Source of the DNA: Lytechinus pictus
Lineage: Eukaryota
Assembly (NCBI RefSeq): GCF_037042905.1
Contig: NC_087247.1
Coordinates: 6,572,001 to 6,636,000 of the forward strand
Direction: 5' to 3'
Length of the DNA stretch: 64,000 bases
Shown: positions 1 through 13,495 of the stretch, piece after piece
Layout of the letters: every line of letters starts with the position of its first letter
How positions within the stretch are numbered: position 1 is the first letter of the stretch
Position numbers and translations under genes: made by a program
The notes under the pieces: generated by a model
The model's input: only the letters and a program-made list of their open reading frames with translations
Told to the model about the DNA's origin: nothing
The model's database searches: none

Positions 1-39
1 AGGTGTTTCTTTCCCTTTCCTCCTTCCTTTCTTTCTTTA

Positions 40-445
40 TACTGGGCTCTCATTCCGCATGCCAGAGGACGTGACAGAAAGGTTATCCGCCTTTCCAATT
101 TTCTTATCATCAGTCTAAAAAGTACTATTTATTCTATGTATCGCACCTCAACTTTCACTGATCCACTAATTGTTTGGCTACATCGTCTAAAAAACAGAAT
201 TCTGCATGAATTTTCTTATTACAGATTATGCTCCAATATCGATGCCTTACGGAAATGGTGCATGAATGAATTACTTTTTACCATTAGCGAGGGCAGTATT
301 GCATGGCTTATATAACATTTGGTTTTACTTCTGTGTTTATAATCAACAGTTGAAAAACTGTGCTACCTGATTTCCTTTGAATACTCATGTCAAATTATTC
401 TTTTATTGTATACTTGACTTTTGTGATTATAATTTGTAAATAAAA
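40..445 (+). mobile_element. 3' end of Tx1/L1-like LINE ORF2 with AATAAA
   Basis: Open frame YWALIPHARGRDRKVIRLSNFLIISLKSTIY...NRILHEFSYYRL...KWC..* resembles Tx1 ORF2 C-termini. It is followed by a T-rich 3' UTR and AATAAA near 438. Confidence 0.45.
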
Positions 446-582
446 TTTTCATTTGAAAAGTCAAAAAGTCTTTCTTTCTCTCCCCTCCTCCTCTTCTTCT
501 CATTATATATATATATATATATATATATCAAGACTATCCTAGTGCACATAGGTCTCTGATAGAAAGGCATTGTGTGCTAGAG

Positions 583-2692
583 CAGGGCTCCACACTAACC
601 CTTTTTTTCTACTGGTCCAACCTATTCATGTCGGACCAGTAGATACCCAGTTTTTCCATTTTTTACTGGTCCGAACCTAAAATCTACTGGTCCCCAAAAT
701 AAAGAAAACATTTAAAAAAGGCGTGAGTTTATTTTGCTGTCCTTTCTTGTTACCCCCCCCCCCCAAAAAAAATGAAGGAATGAAAGACAAAAAGAAAGCA
801 AGACAAAAAGAAACAAAGGAAGAAATAATAAAAGAAAGGAAGGAAGAACAAATAAAAGGTAAAGAAAGGATAGATGTGAAGGAAGGAAAAAAGAAAGAAA
901 GAAAGAAAGAACAAAAGAAAAAACAAAAGACAGAAAGTAATGAAAAAAGGAAAGAAGCAATAAAATAAGAAAGAAAGGGTATAAGGAAAGATGCAAAGAA
1001 GGAAAAAAGATAGAAAGAAAGAAAGAAAGAAAGGAAGGAAGAAAAAGGGTAAAGAAAGGATAAATGTGAAGGAAGGAAAAAAAGAAAGAACTGAAGAGGG
1101 AAAGGAAGGAAGGAAAGAAAGAACAAAAATAAGAAAGAAAGAACAAAAGAAAAAGAAGAAATAAAGGAATGAAGGAAAGAAAGTAAGAAGGAAAGAAATG
1201 AAGCAAGCAATATAGAAAGAAAGAACAAAAGACAGAAAGAAGGAAAGAAGCAATAAAAAAAGAAAGAAAGGGTAAAAGGAGAGATGGAAAGAAGGAAAAA
1301 AGAAAGAAAGTATTGAAAGAAGGAAGAAATAAAGAAAGGTAAAATGATAGATAGAAGGAAAGAAGGAAGCAAGCAAGCAAGCAATAGAAAAAAGAAAGAA
1401 AATGTAAAATAGATGAAAGTAAGAAAAAAAAGAAAGACCGAAAGACAAAGAAAGGAAGGAATGAGGGGAAAAAAAGAACGAAAGAAGAAAGGAAAGCAAG
1501 CAAGCAGTAAAAAAAAAAAAAAAAGGTAAAAGGATAGATGGAATGAAGGGAAAAAAGAAAGAACAGAAAGGAAGGAATGAATGAAAGAAAGAGAGAAAGG
1601 GCTGAAAGAAGGAAGAAATAAAAAACAAGAAATGGTAAAGAAAGGATGGATGGAATGAAGAAAGAAACAAAGAATGAAGGAAAGAAAGGGTAAAAAGAAG
1701 GAAAGGAAGAAAGAAAGAAGAGATAAATATAGGATGGATGGACTCAAGAATAAAAGAAAGAAAGAAATAAAAAAAGAAAGAGAAAAAGAAATAGAGAAAA
1801 TGGTTAAAAGGACAGAAAGAATGAAAGAACGAAAGACAAAGAATAATTAAAAAAGAAAGACAGTAACAAAAAAAATTAAAGAAGAGAGGGAAGAAACAAA
1901 GAAAGATTGAAAAGAAAGAAGGAAAGAAAGATAGGAAGAAAACAGAGGAAGAAAGCTAAAACTATCATAAATAAATTATCAGTTTCTTTTTGGCTCAATT
2001 AAGATATAGCTACGAAAGAAACCAAGTGTATCAACACACACACAAATGCATATGTGGGGCTATCATGTATTCAGACGATATCACTCGAAACCCGATCTCT
2101 TTGAACTAAAACAGAAGTGAAAATTTCTCCTTTTACTGCTTACAAATGACAGTTACCCCAATTTTTTGGAAATATGGACATTATAAGAGCTTTTCATTAG
2201 TGTGAAATGTGAATTTTGACCGTTCTGTGAGAGATTTCTGCCAGAGGTTTGCCAAGCTTCGCCAAGCTTCGTTCGTGCAGCCAGTAGAAAATTCACCATG
2301 TGGGCTGTGTGGCTGGCTAGCCATATGTACACTGTATGTTACCCTAGTAAAAATTGCATGCGATTCATTCTGTGTGTATTCTGTGTGTGAATGACCAAAT
2401 TTAACGGGAGGAAAATGGTTTACAATTTGAGTCATGGAATATTTTTTATGTTTATGTTGGACTAGTGAATTTGACCATTTCTGGAAAAGTTACTGGCCCA
2501 ACAATGGTTTTTATTACTGTTTATGTCGGACCCATAAATCTTGCTATTTTTGGAAAAATTACCGGCCCGACAATGATATTTTCTTACTGGTCTTGTCGGA
2601 CCAGTAAATCTTGCTATTTCTGAAAATCTACCGGCCCGACAGTGATTTTTACCGGTCTGGGACCGTCGGACCGGCGCTAGTGTCGAGCCCTG
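583..2692. mobile_element. Non-autonomous TIR DNA transposon (P/hAT-like, CAGGG termini)
   Basis: TIRs CAGGGCTCCACACTA / TAGTGTCGAGCCCTG, flanking direct repeat GCTAGAG (7 bp), and subterminal ACTGGTCC/GGACCAGT repeats. Confidence 0.75.
760..1960. repeat. Purine-rich (GAAA/GGAA)n low-complexity tract
   Basis: Almost exclusively A/G on the plus strand. It produces the spurious F/L/S-rich minus-strand ORFs. Confidence 0.95.
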
Positions 2693-3257
2693 GCTAGAGC
2701 CACTTGGGAGTTCAGTTCTCCTTGAGGTGAATAGATTCAGTCTGTTTTATACTGTCGACCACATATAATAGCAGGCGTGACAGCTCAGATTATAAGAATG
2801 GTCCTGTAAGCTTGCAACACAGATACCTAATATTATAACAAACTGGCATTCATTAGTTAAGCATTAATCATCAACGCCAGGAACACGTTCCTTACAGAGG
2901 ATTTAAAACCATTGGTCCTCTGGTTTTGCTTGAAAGCAAACATGCCTTCTTATAGGAGTAAGGTATAATAACCACTTCAAGTTTTTAACATATGTCACCC
3001 TTACTATTAAAGAGTCTTCAATAGCGCCTCTTAGAAATTGATTTCTGTAGGAAGAGTACAATGTAGGGGCCGTGGAAACGAGGGAAGGGGTCAGCTTTCC
3101 ACTTTTTTTTTTCAATAAATGTGTTCATTTTAAATGGTCAGCTCCCCCCCCCCCCCCACTTCAACACCATTCCACTGCCCTTGAAATGCACCTGTCTCCT
3201 GGCATAATTTACAAAATCACCTTTCCTTCTTTGGAAGCACACGCATCTCTTTTATGA

Positions 3258-3267
3258 AAAAGGATAT
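3258..3267 (-). promoter_or_regulatory. U12 (minor spliceosome) 5' splice site ATATCCTTTT
   Basis: The minus strand reads ...GCTCATCA|ATATCCTTTT at the end of AP4E1 coding exon 10, an exact U12 AT-AC donor consensus. Confidence 0.85.
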
Positions 3268-6200
3268 TGATGAGCTAAAGAAATCATCCTGTGTATATGT
3301 TCACTGTGGTCAAGCTCATCCACGCCAGAATTCAGATGATCTAAGACCTTGTCAAAAATCACACTTATATTTTCCGTATTGCACATCTCATAGAGTAAAT
3401 TCAGTGTCTGAAAAAAAAATAGAGAAGTGATTATTTCACTTTGTTTTGATTTAAAAAAATTAATTTCGGTTCTTGAAAATGGGCTAAACATTAGGCTTGT
3501 AGTGTAAAAATACCATCCCAAAAGTTTCAGAGTATTATGTATACAGAAATATTTAAAAACTTGGAGATGTAAACCAAAATTTGAAAATAATTGGGGGTTG
3601 GTTTCAATGACTATATTTATACAGCAAATCTCTACACTACAGCACATAAACTCGAGATGAACCCAGCATGACCTACACACAGTGCATACAATGTACATGT
3701 AGGTACACTGAATGTACAGTGCAACTAATACTAGTGTGTGTATAGGAGATACACACAACAGAAGGCAGCCAACAAAGCCAACAGACTTTTTGAATTTGAG
3801 AAAACTGGTCATAAGCTGAATGCATCTTACGGACGGTTCTCAAAATCAGGCTAATAAATTGCCACTTGTGTCTAAATTGTAGTTTCTCATCCTATATTGT
3901 GGTCTGTTTCAGGGTTTTTGAGGGCAAATACAGGCACTCATACACATGTTTCATCTTAGTTTGAGAATTTGTTAAATCAGCTGCTCACAAATTAAAATAA
4001 TCCCTTCAATCAAATTGATAATCAAGATAGAACTAATGTATGCCATTTTATTTCTAATTCCTAATAATAGCAATAAGTGAGATTAAATATCTTGAGTACA
4101 AAACTATTCAGAGAGCCTGGAAATGACTGAAGATATATTTCTATAAAATACATTATATTCAGCATTGTGCTCCTTGAGGCTAGACCTGGCCTCAAGGAAA
4201 ATTGTTGTGGTCTTGGCCTTGTCCTCGGCTTCAGATGATCTGCCTTTTCTTTGCATCTAATGGAATTTAAATCAAAGAGTACGGTAAACATTGCCATATC
4301 TTTAACTTAGACCAAAACAGATATTTACTTCAGTATTTGGTATTCTTTCTTACAACATAGATGCAACTTTATGATATGGACAGAAATATTAATGAAACAC
4401 GATGGAAAAAATACATAATTTTGTTGAAATAGTTCAAAGACTCACAGCTTGTTTTATTGTTGGATCCTCATCTTCTAAGCATTCTACAACAGTCATCTGG
4501 TGTTCTATACTGAATTCAGGATGAACTTTATGAATGACGCCTAATGCATTCACACCTAAAACAACAGAAACAAATCAGGATGTTCTCATATATATTCTCA
4601 GACATACATGCTTCACTGATTTATCCAAACGGTTTCATGAATCTTACATGGGTTTCACTTAATTATTCAAATGAACAAGAAAACCCTGGCCTCTTTAGTT
4701 TGGAATGAAAAATAAAAATCAAATGCAGCCCATTAATGATCATTTTCAATACAAGATATTCATGCATACATAGTGCATATATGTCAAATGGAAAGAGAAG
4801 AACATTATCAAACATAAGAGAGAGAGAGAGAGAGAGCTTGACGACTGAAAATATTTGATAATTTGTCCCATTTTATTGGGACCAGTTATTGGGAGGTTTT
4901 GGAGAACCAACTTCAAATACATACCACTTCCAAATATGATATTAAGCACATACATGTATCAACAAACAGCATTTCTTTAAGATTGATATGTCTAGAGACA
5001 AAAAAAAATCTATGGCAAGAAATACAAGACCACGTGGCAACCTACCTAGGTATCTGAGATTGTTGCTTTGTGATTTCAAGAACCTTGTTATACAGACAGA
5101 AGCCTTCTTCAACAGGTCCAGTTTGGGATGGATTTTTGCAATGGTCATGATGCATTCATACTGGACACCTAGAATCATTAAAAAAAAACAAATGTAAAAA
5201 AAAAAAAAAAAACATTTATTTTTGATCAAGTTGATACAAAACAGTTCATTTGCTTATGTTACAATAGCTCCTACTGATAAAATCCACATATTCAGCCAAA
5301 CATAAAGCCCGACTTCAAACCTCACGTCAACCTTGATCCCAATCCTTACATGATCCGAACCAAAACCCTATCACAACCCTAACCTTCACATTATGTATCT
5401 TTGGATAACAGCGGAGGAGCAATTGTCGCAGGGGTGAATGTGATACCTACAAAACATTCAATTCGATTTGAATAAAATGAGTTTTGCAAGCTTATTCAAA
5501 AGAGCATAAAAATGGAACAGGGATTTTTCAAGAGAACATGATTTGCATCAAATTACAATGGTTATTTTCCATATAACTCAGATTTTCAAAACCACTTGAT
5601 ATATTTCATGTACATAAAAGTAAAAAGATAAAAATTTGGTGTCTGATTTAATAGCCAGCATATCGTGCCTGGTGTGACAAGACTTTGGATCTTGAATTTT
5701 TGGGGGAATCCCCCTTTTTATTTAATGAGCGAATAATATATCAAGTGATGTCCTTTTCGGAATCCAAGCTCTCTATCTAAAACAAATGAAGCCCTTACAC
5801 CAGGGTTCTAGCTGGGATCAATTTAGTGATGGATAGAAAAATAAAGAGGCAAAGCGACAAAGAGGGATTTTACAACAAAACTATTTTTGCTCAAGATCGA
5901 TGGTGAGTGTCTTTGGCAAAATAATGTATGCAGAATTTGCAGTGTGCAAAACTTGTGAATTTGCTAGCTTGACATACGATCGAATTGGTATATATTCAGG
6001 ACATTTTAGTTCTATTTTTCAGAAAATTTGCGCTGAACGGTACATCCTAATTCAACCCAAGAGCCAGCCGGTAATTTGCCTGCCAGGCGACCGAAATTAA
6101 ATACTATTCTATAGAAATATAATTTTCATTTTCATTCTCCAGAACAATGATTTTGGGGGAAATACAAGATTTTTCTCCGCAGCATTGATACATCATGCAT

Positions 6201-9200
6201 CATAACACAAGTATTGATCATTGATCTACATAATAGGATTGGTAAATGGTTAGATGTCAAAAACACAAAATTGCTCTTACCTAAGGATATCATGGATAAC
6301 GTGTTGGAAGACTCCAAAACCTCCTCTAAAACATCATACATCATTAGACTTGTTCTGAAAATAAAAAATTAAAAAACCCAAGAAAATAAAGAATAAGCCC
6401 AGGCCTTTAATTTCAATATTTTTAGGGCAAGATCACCCATTTTAGGCACATTTTTAAAAGAGAGTACAAATAAGAAAAATTTAAATGAGCACACCATATC
6501 TTCAAGGCAAATGAGAGGGGCATTGAGGCCAAACCATAGGGCTTCCATGACCATTGCCTCTAGATGTCCATGTATTACTCTGAGCCCAGTAAATCTATCA
6601 AATCTTTTCAAATATACTTCACAAGACCTTTTCTGAAATATCAAGGAACTCATAATTGACTTTTTTATACAGCTTTACAAGATGAAGAAATGGTCAGAAG
6701 ATAGAATGTGTATTATTTTGCAAATGACTTGCATATCAAGTGCTCAATAGTATTTAAATTGCACAATTATTATTACAGGTAATTTCGAGACAACTTAAGA
6801 TAAAAACAAATAAGTGGAAGACGTTTTGGGGGCCACCAATGACATTACAGGAAATACATACATTACATGTAAATTGCTTCAGTTTCAGGAAATCTCTATG
6901 AATCACATTTGACTATTCATGATTTATATTACAGTCTATGGAAAACCCCACATTGGTGTCTTTTGATAATATACAAAGAAGCATATTTAGAAAAATATTT
7001 TGAAAAGTCATTTATCTCACAGGTTACTGGTTACAGTAATAAAGAAGGGCAGCTCCCTGGAAGCTGTACTGGGATGTCATGTGTAAATGGAGGTGACGAG
7101 GTGCAAGCTTCAAATCGCTAACATACATGTACTTTAAAAATGAGTATGCAGGGATGCAAGTAAAAACATGCATTTATTCATTTATAGCATGTTAGACCAA
7201 ACTAGAGGCTGCGTTATGCTGATGGGGAGAGCAGCCTGTCTGGAAGTAGTTGGGTCCCACATAAAGAATGACATGACCTGGCTATCTATTCCAGTACCCA
7301 ATGCCTGGCAAGAGCAGTCTATAGTCTATCAACTTCAATTGACTCGTGGTTTTCAAGTGTCATTCCATTAGTCTGTTCAATCAAGAGGTTTACTGAGAAA
7401 AAGAAACTTACTTGGGATCATTGAACCCCAATCTTGCAAGCATCTTCAGGATTTGAATCTGCAACCAAGGGGCGGGGACTCCTCGAAATTCATACTCCTG
7501 CGACAGTTTCCTCTGCACGACCTGTTTCAGAATACTGGTTAGAGGACGCACCAATGACTTGTGATGCTCAGGGTGTTCCTATGAACCAAAGTCAAAGGAA
7601 TTAGAGATTTTCAAAGACCAGGGTTCCCAGCTTTTCAAGAAAAAAAATTTACCTGATTTTTCCCTGATGAAGTTTAAAAATTCCCTGATAACTATTTAAA
7701 CCCATTCCAAGTTTTGCATGTTTTCTAAGTTGTTGCAATGAATTACATGTATTTTCAGTATAAAAATAATAATGTAAAACTGATTAGTACCATCATAACC
7801 AGTCATTCAATGGATGTTGTTTTGATATGCAACAAAATATAACAGAGTCTGACTGACTTCCGTGCTTTCGACTTTTGGGCTGATCAAAATTCCCTGATTT
7901 TCCCTCATTTGAGGCATTTTCCCCTGATTTGAGGTATTTCATATCAAATTCCCTGATTTTTCCCTGACTGGAAAAAAGTAAAATAATTTTCCCTGATGGG
8001 CTGGGAACCCTGAACACATATATATCGCCTCTTGGGCGATAAATGGTGAATCTATAGAGAGTCAAATATTTAAGACAATTATCAGCACGGCAGCCATGAT
8101 GAGAGTCGACTACAACAGTAGTCAGCAATAAACACATTCAAGTTTTGAAAAGCATATCCAAAGCTTTAAATTTAGATACAACTTGTCAAAATTGATCAAC
8201 TATATTTCCACACAAGTGCTTGATTCTCGAATACCATCAACATCTACACGTCTGCATCCTCTTAAATCACAAAAAGATAAACAAAACCAAAATACCTTAA
8301 CGAGGGTTTGATAGATGTGTAACGCAGCAGTCATGACTCCTGGTGACCTATCACACAAAGCCTGTTGAAAATATTCTTTCATGTGACCTATGAGATGAGG
8401 ACACTTCACTACAAAGCTGTGAAGAACCAGCACTGCTTTCCTTCTGACGATTTCACTGTTAATCAGAACACAAGATTACAACATCTTCAAAACTCAACAA
8501 ACAATTCATCTTATTCTTGGCAATGATTTCATTATAAAAAGTTTAAGCATGCTTGGTCAAATTTTTTTAAAGTCTAATTTCAAATTGGGCAGACCTTCTT
8601 TATTTACTTCATTTAGACGTAATCATTTTTGTTCATATTTCATCTTGTCTGACTGGTACTTGTCTTGTTTAATAATAACTTTGGCTTATTTATCACTTAG
8701 TCTAATTACTATTAGGTCTAAGCCAAATTGAAAATCAGTGCCAAGGACCGAATTATGTCAAACTAAACAGGTTTAGCAACATTGATTTTCAGTTTGATCA
8801 TTATTGTTAACACACTGTGGGTGTTGTGCATTCTTCTCAATAGAGAGAACCAGTAGAAATATATCAGGTCCAAGATCACAGTATGTGTAAAGGCCACCGC
8901 ACACCTTACAACCCGACTGGTCTACAACTGGTCTGCGACTGAGTGAGGGGAGATGAATCGCAAGGTAGTCATAAGCTTCAACACCGCACATCTTACAATC
9001 CAACTACCCTGCTGTCTGCGACTCACCCATGCGCTTTTTGATCTTTGCCATAGCAACTGAGAAAATCGCGCTTACTACTGCGTATGCGCGTTGTATATCA
9101 TATACGTATAGTGCAACTCTGCTGTCTGATTGGCTGGAAGTTGGATTGAGTTTGCGATCCAGTCATGAGGATTCAACATGTCAAATCCTAACGATTTTCC

Positions 9201-12200
9201 TTGCGATTTGTCTCGGACCGATCGCGACTCTCAAGCTGACAAGAGCTGTGACGTCACATCTCCCCTCACTCAGTCACGAGCCAGTCGTAGACCAGTCGGG
9301 TCGTAAGGTGTGCGGTGGCCTTAAGTACTCCAACCACGCAAAGAACACTCATCACCACCATCATCATGACCACCACTACTACCCCCACCATGATCATTAT
9401 CATTAACTCACTGTTGATGTTGTACATTCTGTTCTATCAGTGGTAGTACAACCAGAAGCATCTCAAGTCCAATAAGATTAGAACATGCAGACAATCCTCC
9501 AAAGTCACCAAGAATACTATCATCATTGTCATCATCATCATCATCATCACCATCACCATCATCATCATCATCAGCACCACCACTACCACCACCACCATCA
9601 TCATCACCTTCCATCATAAGCTCCCAAAATCAATACCATCACCATCTTTAAGAAAATTAACACTGTACCACCATCATCATCTTTACCATTACGTATAACT
9701 CACTGTTAATGTAGTTCCAACTGCTTTATCAGGTGTAGTACAACCGGAAGCATCTCTGGTACAATGAGATTACAACATGCTGTCAATCCTCCANNNNNNN
9801 NNNNNNNNNNNNNNNNNNNNNNNNNNNNNNNNNNNNNNNNNNNNNNNNNNNNNNNNNNNNNNNNNNNNNNNNNNNNNNNNNNNNNNNNNNNNNNNNNNNN
9901 NNNNNNNNNNNNNNNNNNNNNNNNNNNNNNNNNNNNNNNNNNNNNNNNNNNNNNNNNNNNNNNNNNNNNNNNNNNNNNNNNNNNNNNNNNNNNNNNTTAC
10001 CACCATCACCAACAGCACCACCATCATCTTTACCATTACGTTTAACTCACTGTTGATGTTGTACATTCTGTTCTATCAGCGGTAGTACAACCGGAAGCAT
10101 CTCAAGTCCAATGAGATTACAACATGACGACAATCCTCCATATTCATCAAGAATACTATCATCATCATCATCATCATCATCACCAGCAACACCAACACCA
10201 TCACCATCAAGAAAACTAACACTGTACCACCACCATCATCATCTTTATCATTATGTTTAACTCACTGTTGATGTTGTACATTCTGTTCTATCAGCGGTAG
10301 TACAACCGGAAGCATCTCAAGTCCAATGAGATTACAACATGACGACAATCCTCCATATTCATCAAGAATACTATCATCATCATCATCATCATCATCACCA
10401 GCAACACCAACACCATCACCATCAAGAAAACTAACACTGTACCACCACCATCATCATCTTTATCATTATGTTTAACTCACTGTTGATGTTGTACATTCTG
10501 TTCTATCAGCGGTAGTACAACCGGAAGCATCTCGGGTCCAATGAGATTACAACATGCTGTCAATCCCCCACACACATCAAGAACATTGGTGCTATTCAGA
10601 TCCTTCTGAATGGTGTTGATCAACAGCAGGATCAGCTCATGCTGACTGTTCAGGAACAGACTGACTCCCAAATATCCTGAAATTTAATAAAATACTAACT
10701 CTTTGAAATCAAAACTGAAAAATGTTTGTCATGAGAGAATATATGCGATGATTAGTTTGAGAGCAAAAAGGAAAATCAAACTAGCAGATAGGTGAAAATA
10801 AAACAATATTAGAGAAACAATTAGAAAGTATTGCGCTACTTTTTAAAAGATGTAAAAAATTGTAATCACTGTATCCCCTGGCGGATCCAGGGGGGGCAAT
10901 TTTGAGAGGCACAACTTTGTAATGTAAAAATGCTGTTAAAACAGACGTGTGCACCCCCTTTTAAAAGTGAAGACCTTTATTTTATTTTTTTATTTTTTCG
11001 TGGACGAAATACCCTTAATTTTTGGTTGAAACCCTCTTTTTTCCCCCTTTTGTTTGCTTGTCAAATTTTTCATCGGGAAAATGTGCCCCCCCCCCTTTTG
11101 AAAAATCCTGGATCTGCCCCTGACTTTACCTATGCCAATAGGGAATTCAAATTGGCTGCATTGGTGATGTCATAGTAAATAAACATAAAGACTATTCTTG
11201 CTCCAATACATAAAATGGCTAAAAAAAAAAATTTTAAACCACAAATCCCCAAGGGGAAAGTTGTCCGTACCACTTGTTATTTACTTACTGAATTGATATT
11301 TTGTCCTATTGATCTCATTTTTAAACAGCCACTTCCTTATTCCTTGTCTGATTTCTTTCAAACTGTCACCATCATGTTTTTCTTATTTCAATCCTTATAA
11401 ACTATCAAGGTTGGATAACATTTTTAGTAAGGACACAGAAAGTAATAACACCCACAAAGATTTAGGTAAATATGTTAGGACTGGATACATCTTACCAGTG
11501 GTATAATGAGCCAAAAATTTTGAGGGGGCAAGATATGGTGTATCAGGCAAAATTTTTTTTTTTTTAAGTGAGCGAAGCGAGCGAGCGAAAGTTTAGCCTT
11601 TTTAATACAAAATTCCGATTTGGTGATATATTTTTACATAACATTCAGAAAATAATACCTGTATGTTTCACTTTTCTCTCTTCCCTTTTCATTCCTATTT
11701 CTTTTCTTGGTCGAGATTTTTTTTTCGGGGGGGGGGGGGGGGGGAAGAGCGTCTAAAAGCCCCCCCCCCCCCCACCCATCTGTACACCACTGTATCTTAC
11801 CAACTCTCTTGTTGAGAAGCACACCTTGCTGGGCCATCTTAATGGCATGGATGTAAGAAAAGGTAGCGGGCTGACCCAGCATCTCACAATAGATGAGTCG
11901 AACCATGAATTCTTTCATCTTTTTCTACAAGAAAACACAAAAGAAACAAAATTGATCATGAATATGAATTGTTAGTATCTATGCCATATTTTATGATTAA
12001 TGTTAATAAATCCTGTGCATTAATCATAATTAAAAATTAGGACGATAGCCTAACAAACAAAAGAGACGATTTTAGGTTATGCAGTTGTAATCAATACCTT
12101 CCCTGTTGCCATGTCACAAATAGATGTAATTCATAAATGAAGGATGAAAATGTTTGTTTTGATGATCATATCAAAATGGTATTATTCCAGAACAGAATAG

Positions 12201-13495
12201 GATTTGTTAGGTCAAACAAAAGATAAACAACAAACTTACCATAGAGATGTCAGGTTGGGATAGGTTTTGTCTAATGAGTTCCAGCTCCTTTTGCACAATA
12301 CGTTCCTCTTCCTGTACCAGGGAAATTATATTTGAAAATAGTGATTTTTTTTTATAAACAATTTATGTTCTGCCCTTTCCTGATCTTAAAGGGGAATCCA
12401 GCCTTGGCCATAAAATGTTTTGTTGGGAAGGAGAAAAATAAATTAAACAGAATGGTGAAAGTTTGAAAGAAATCGGACAAGCAATAAGAAAGTTATAGCT
12501 GCTTTAAAATTGAGATCACTAATACTATGTAGATTTCAAATTGGCAACTGGGTAAGTAAATTATGACAAGGGGCAAGGACAACTTTCCCATAGGCCATGT
12601 ACTTTATTATCAGGGATTTGTGGTTTTCTCGTAAGTACCCATTCCCCTGGGGCAGTAATCTAAATATAACCCAGGTAGTACATTGTTTTATGTCCTCATG
12701 AAAGAAATATAATTTGAAATAAAACTTTTGGTAAAATTTGTTTAGCCATAATATGTATTGGAGTACATGGAAGAGTAGTCCTTGCCTTACATCACTATGA
12801 CATCCCATATGCGACCAATTTAAAGTCTCCATGGGTATACTGATTACCAATATTTACAACATTTAAAAATTCATAACTTTCTTGTTGTTTGTCCAATATT
12901 GTTCAAACTTTCACCTATCAACTTGTCTGATTTTTCATTTCCTTATAAAAACAAGTTTTTATTTGGGTTGGATTCCCCTTTAAATGGATTTCATAATAAA
13001 AAATTCATGGAAAAATATCTAGAACTTTTGATTTGAAATATGACTAAAGAATTTTTTTGTCATAATGTTAATGAAATCATCTGAAAAAAAAACTGTGGCT
13101 TTTCCCCCCACCCCCCTCCTCCGAAAAAAGGCCTGAGAATTGTTTTTATACAGTAACAAAAAGATTTTTTTAAACTTGAATTTCACGATCCAGACATTTG
13201 ATTAAGAAAGTGTTTAGATTTTGAATGGCATCTTTCGCACAACATGTGTTTTTATGATACCTTTATCCTTTCATCTTATCCTCGAATGAATTTTAAAAAA
13301 ATAAAATAATAATCGTTATATGTTTATCCAAATTTTAATGACTTTAATGATAGGTTCAAGTAACGAGTATGACTTGAAATTTACCCCTTTTGAGTTGGCC
13401 CTTTTGATGGCTCTGAGGAGGCTGTAGAAACCACTCGATATGGTCATGTTCCTTGGTCCAGCTATAAGACCAGAATATGACAATGCCTTTTCCAT
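3268..13495 (-). CDS. AP4E1: AP-4 complex subunit epsilon-1, N-terminal adaptin region (10 coding exons; gene continues beyond window start)
   Basis: Phase-consistent exons: 13495-13385 (MEKALSYSGLIAGPRNMTISSGFYSLLRAIKRANSKG), 12311-12240 (EEERIVQKELELIRQNLSQPDISM), 11924-11801 (KKMKEFMVRLIYCEMLGQPATFSYIHAIKMAQQGVLLNKRVG), 10676-10481 (YLGVSLFLNSQHELILLLINTIQKDLNSTN...), 8455-8296 (EIVRRKAVL...ALCDRSPGVM), 7578-7412 (...GVPAPWLQIQILKML), 6354-6281, 5168-5046 (...NNLRYLG), 4555-4446 (EHQMTVVECLEDEDPTIK), 3407-3268 (TLNLLYEMCNTENISVI). Introns between them are GT-AG. Peptides follow the vertebrate AP4E1 N-terminus in order. Confidence 0.95.
7619..8012. mobile_element. Non-autonomous TIR element (CAGGG termini)
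   Basis: TIRs CAGGGTTCCCAGC / GCTGGGAACCCTG and internal TTCCCTGA repeats. TSD is unclear. Confidence 0.65.
8810..10480 (-). repeat. Tandem array (215-bp period in the youngest units) of the 3' half of AP4E1 coding exon 4 plus donor site and CAT/CAC microsatellite
   Basis: AACTCAC (donor GTGAGTT) recurs ending at 9411, 9703, 10050, 10265 and 10480, each next to exon-derived sequence. An older copy at ~8815-9350 is split by the MITE. Assembly gap at 9794-9996. Confidence 0.9.
8891..9321. mobile_element. PIF/Harbinger-type MITE
   Basis: Long TIRs AGGCCACCGCACACCTTAC... / ...GTAAGGTGTGCGGTGGCCT with TAA on both sides. Confidence 0.85.
11496..11792. mobile_element. hAT-like non-autonomous element
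   Basis: TIRs CAGTGGTATA / TACACCACTG; 8-bp TSD CATCTTAC / TATCTTAC (one mismatch). Confidence 0.75.
12390..12979. mobile_element. Kolobok-like non-autonomous element
   Basis: TTAA|AGGGGAATCC ... GGATTCCCCT|TTAA. Confidence 0.8.

Noticed and set aside
677-1747. Long F/L/S-rich ORFs in three minus frames
   Set aside because: Artefact of the purine-rich low-complexity tract, which lacks stop codons on that strand.
2700-2870. Possible U12 branch site (ATGCTTAAC, minus) and next AP4E1 exon
   Set aside because: No AC acceptor at a suitable distance, and the downstream translation did not resemble AP4E1.
9764-10085. ORFs spanning the N run
   Set aside because: Assembly-gap artefacts.
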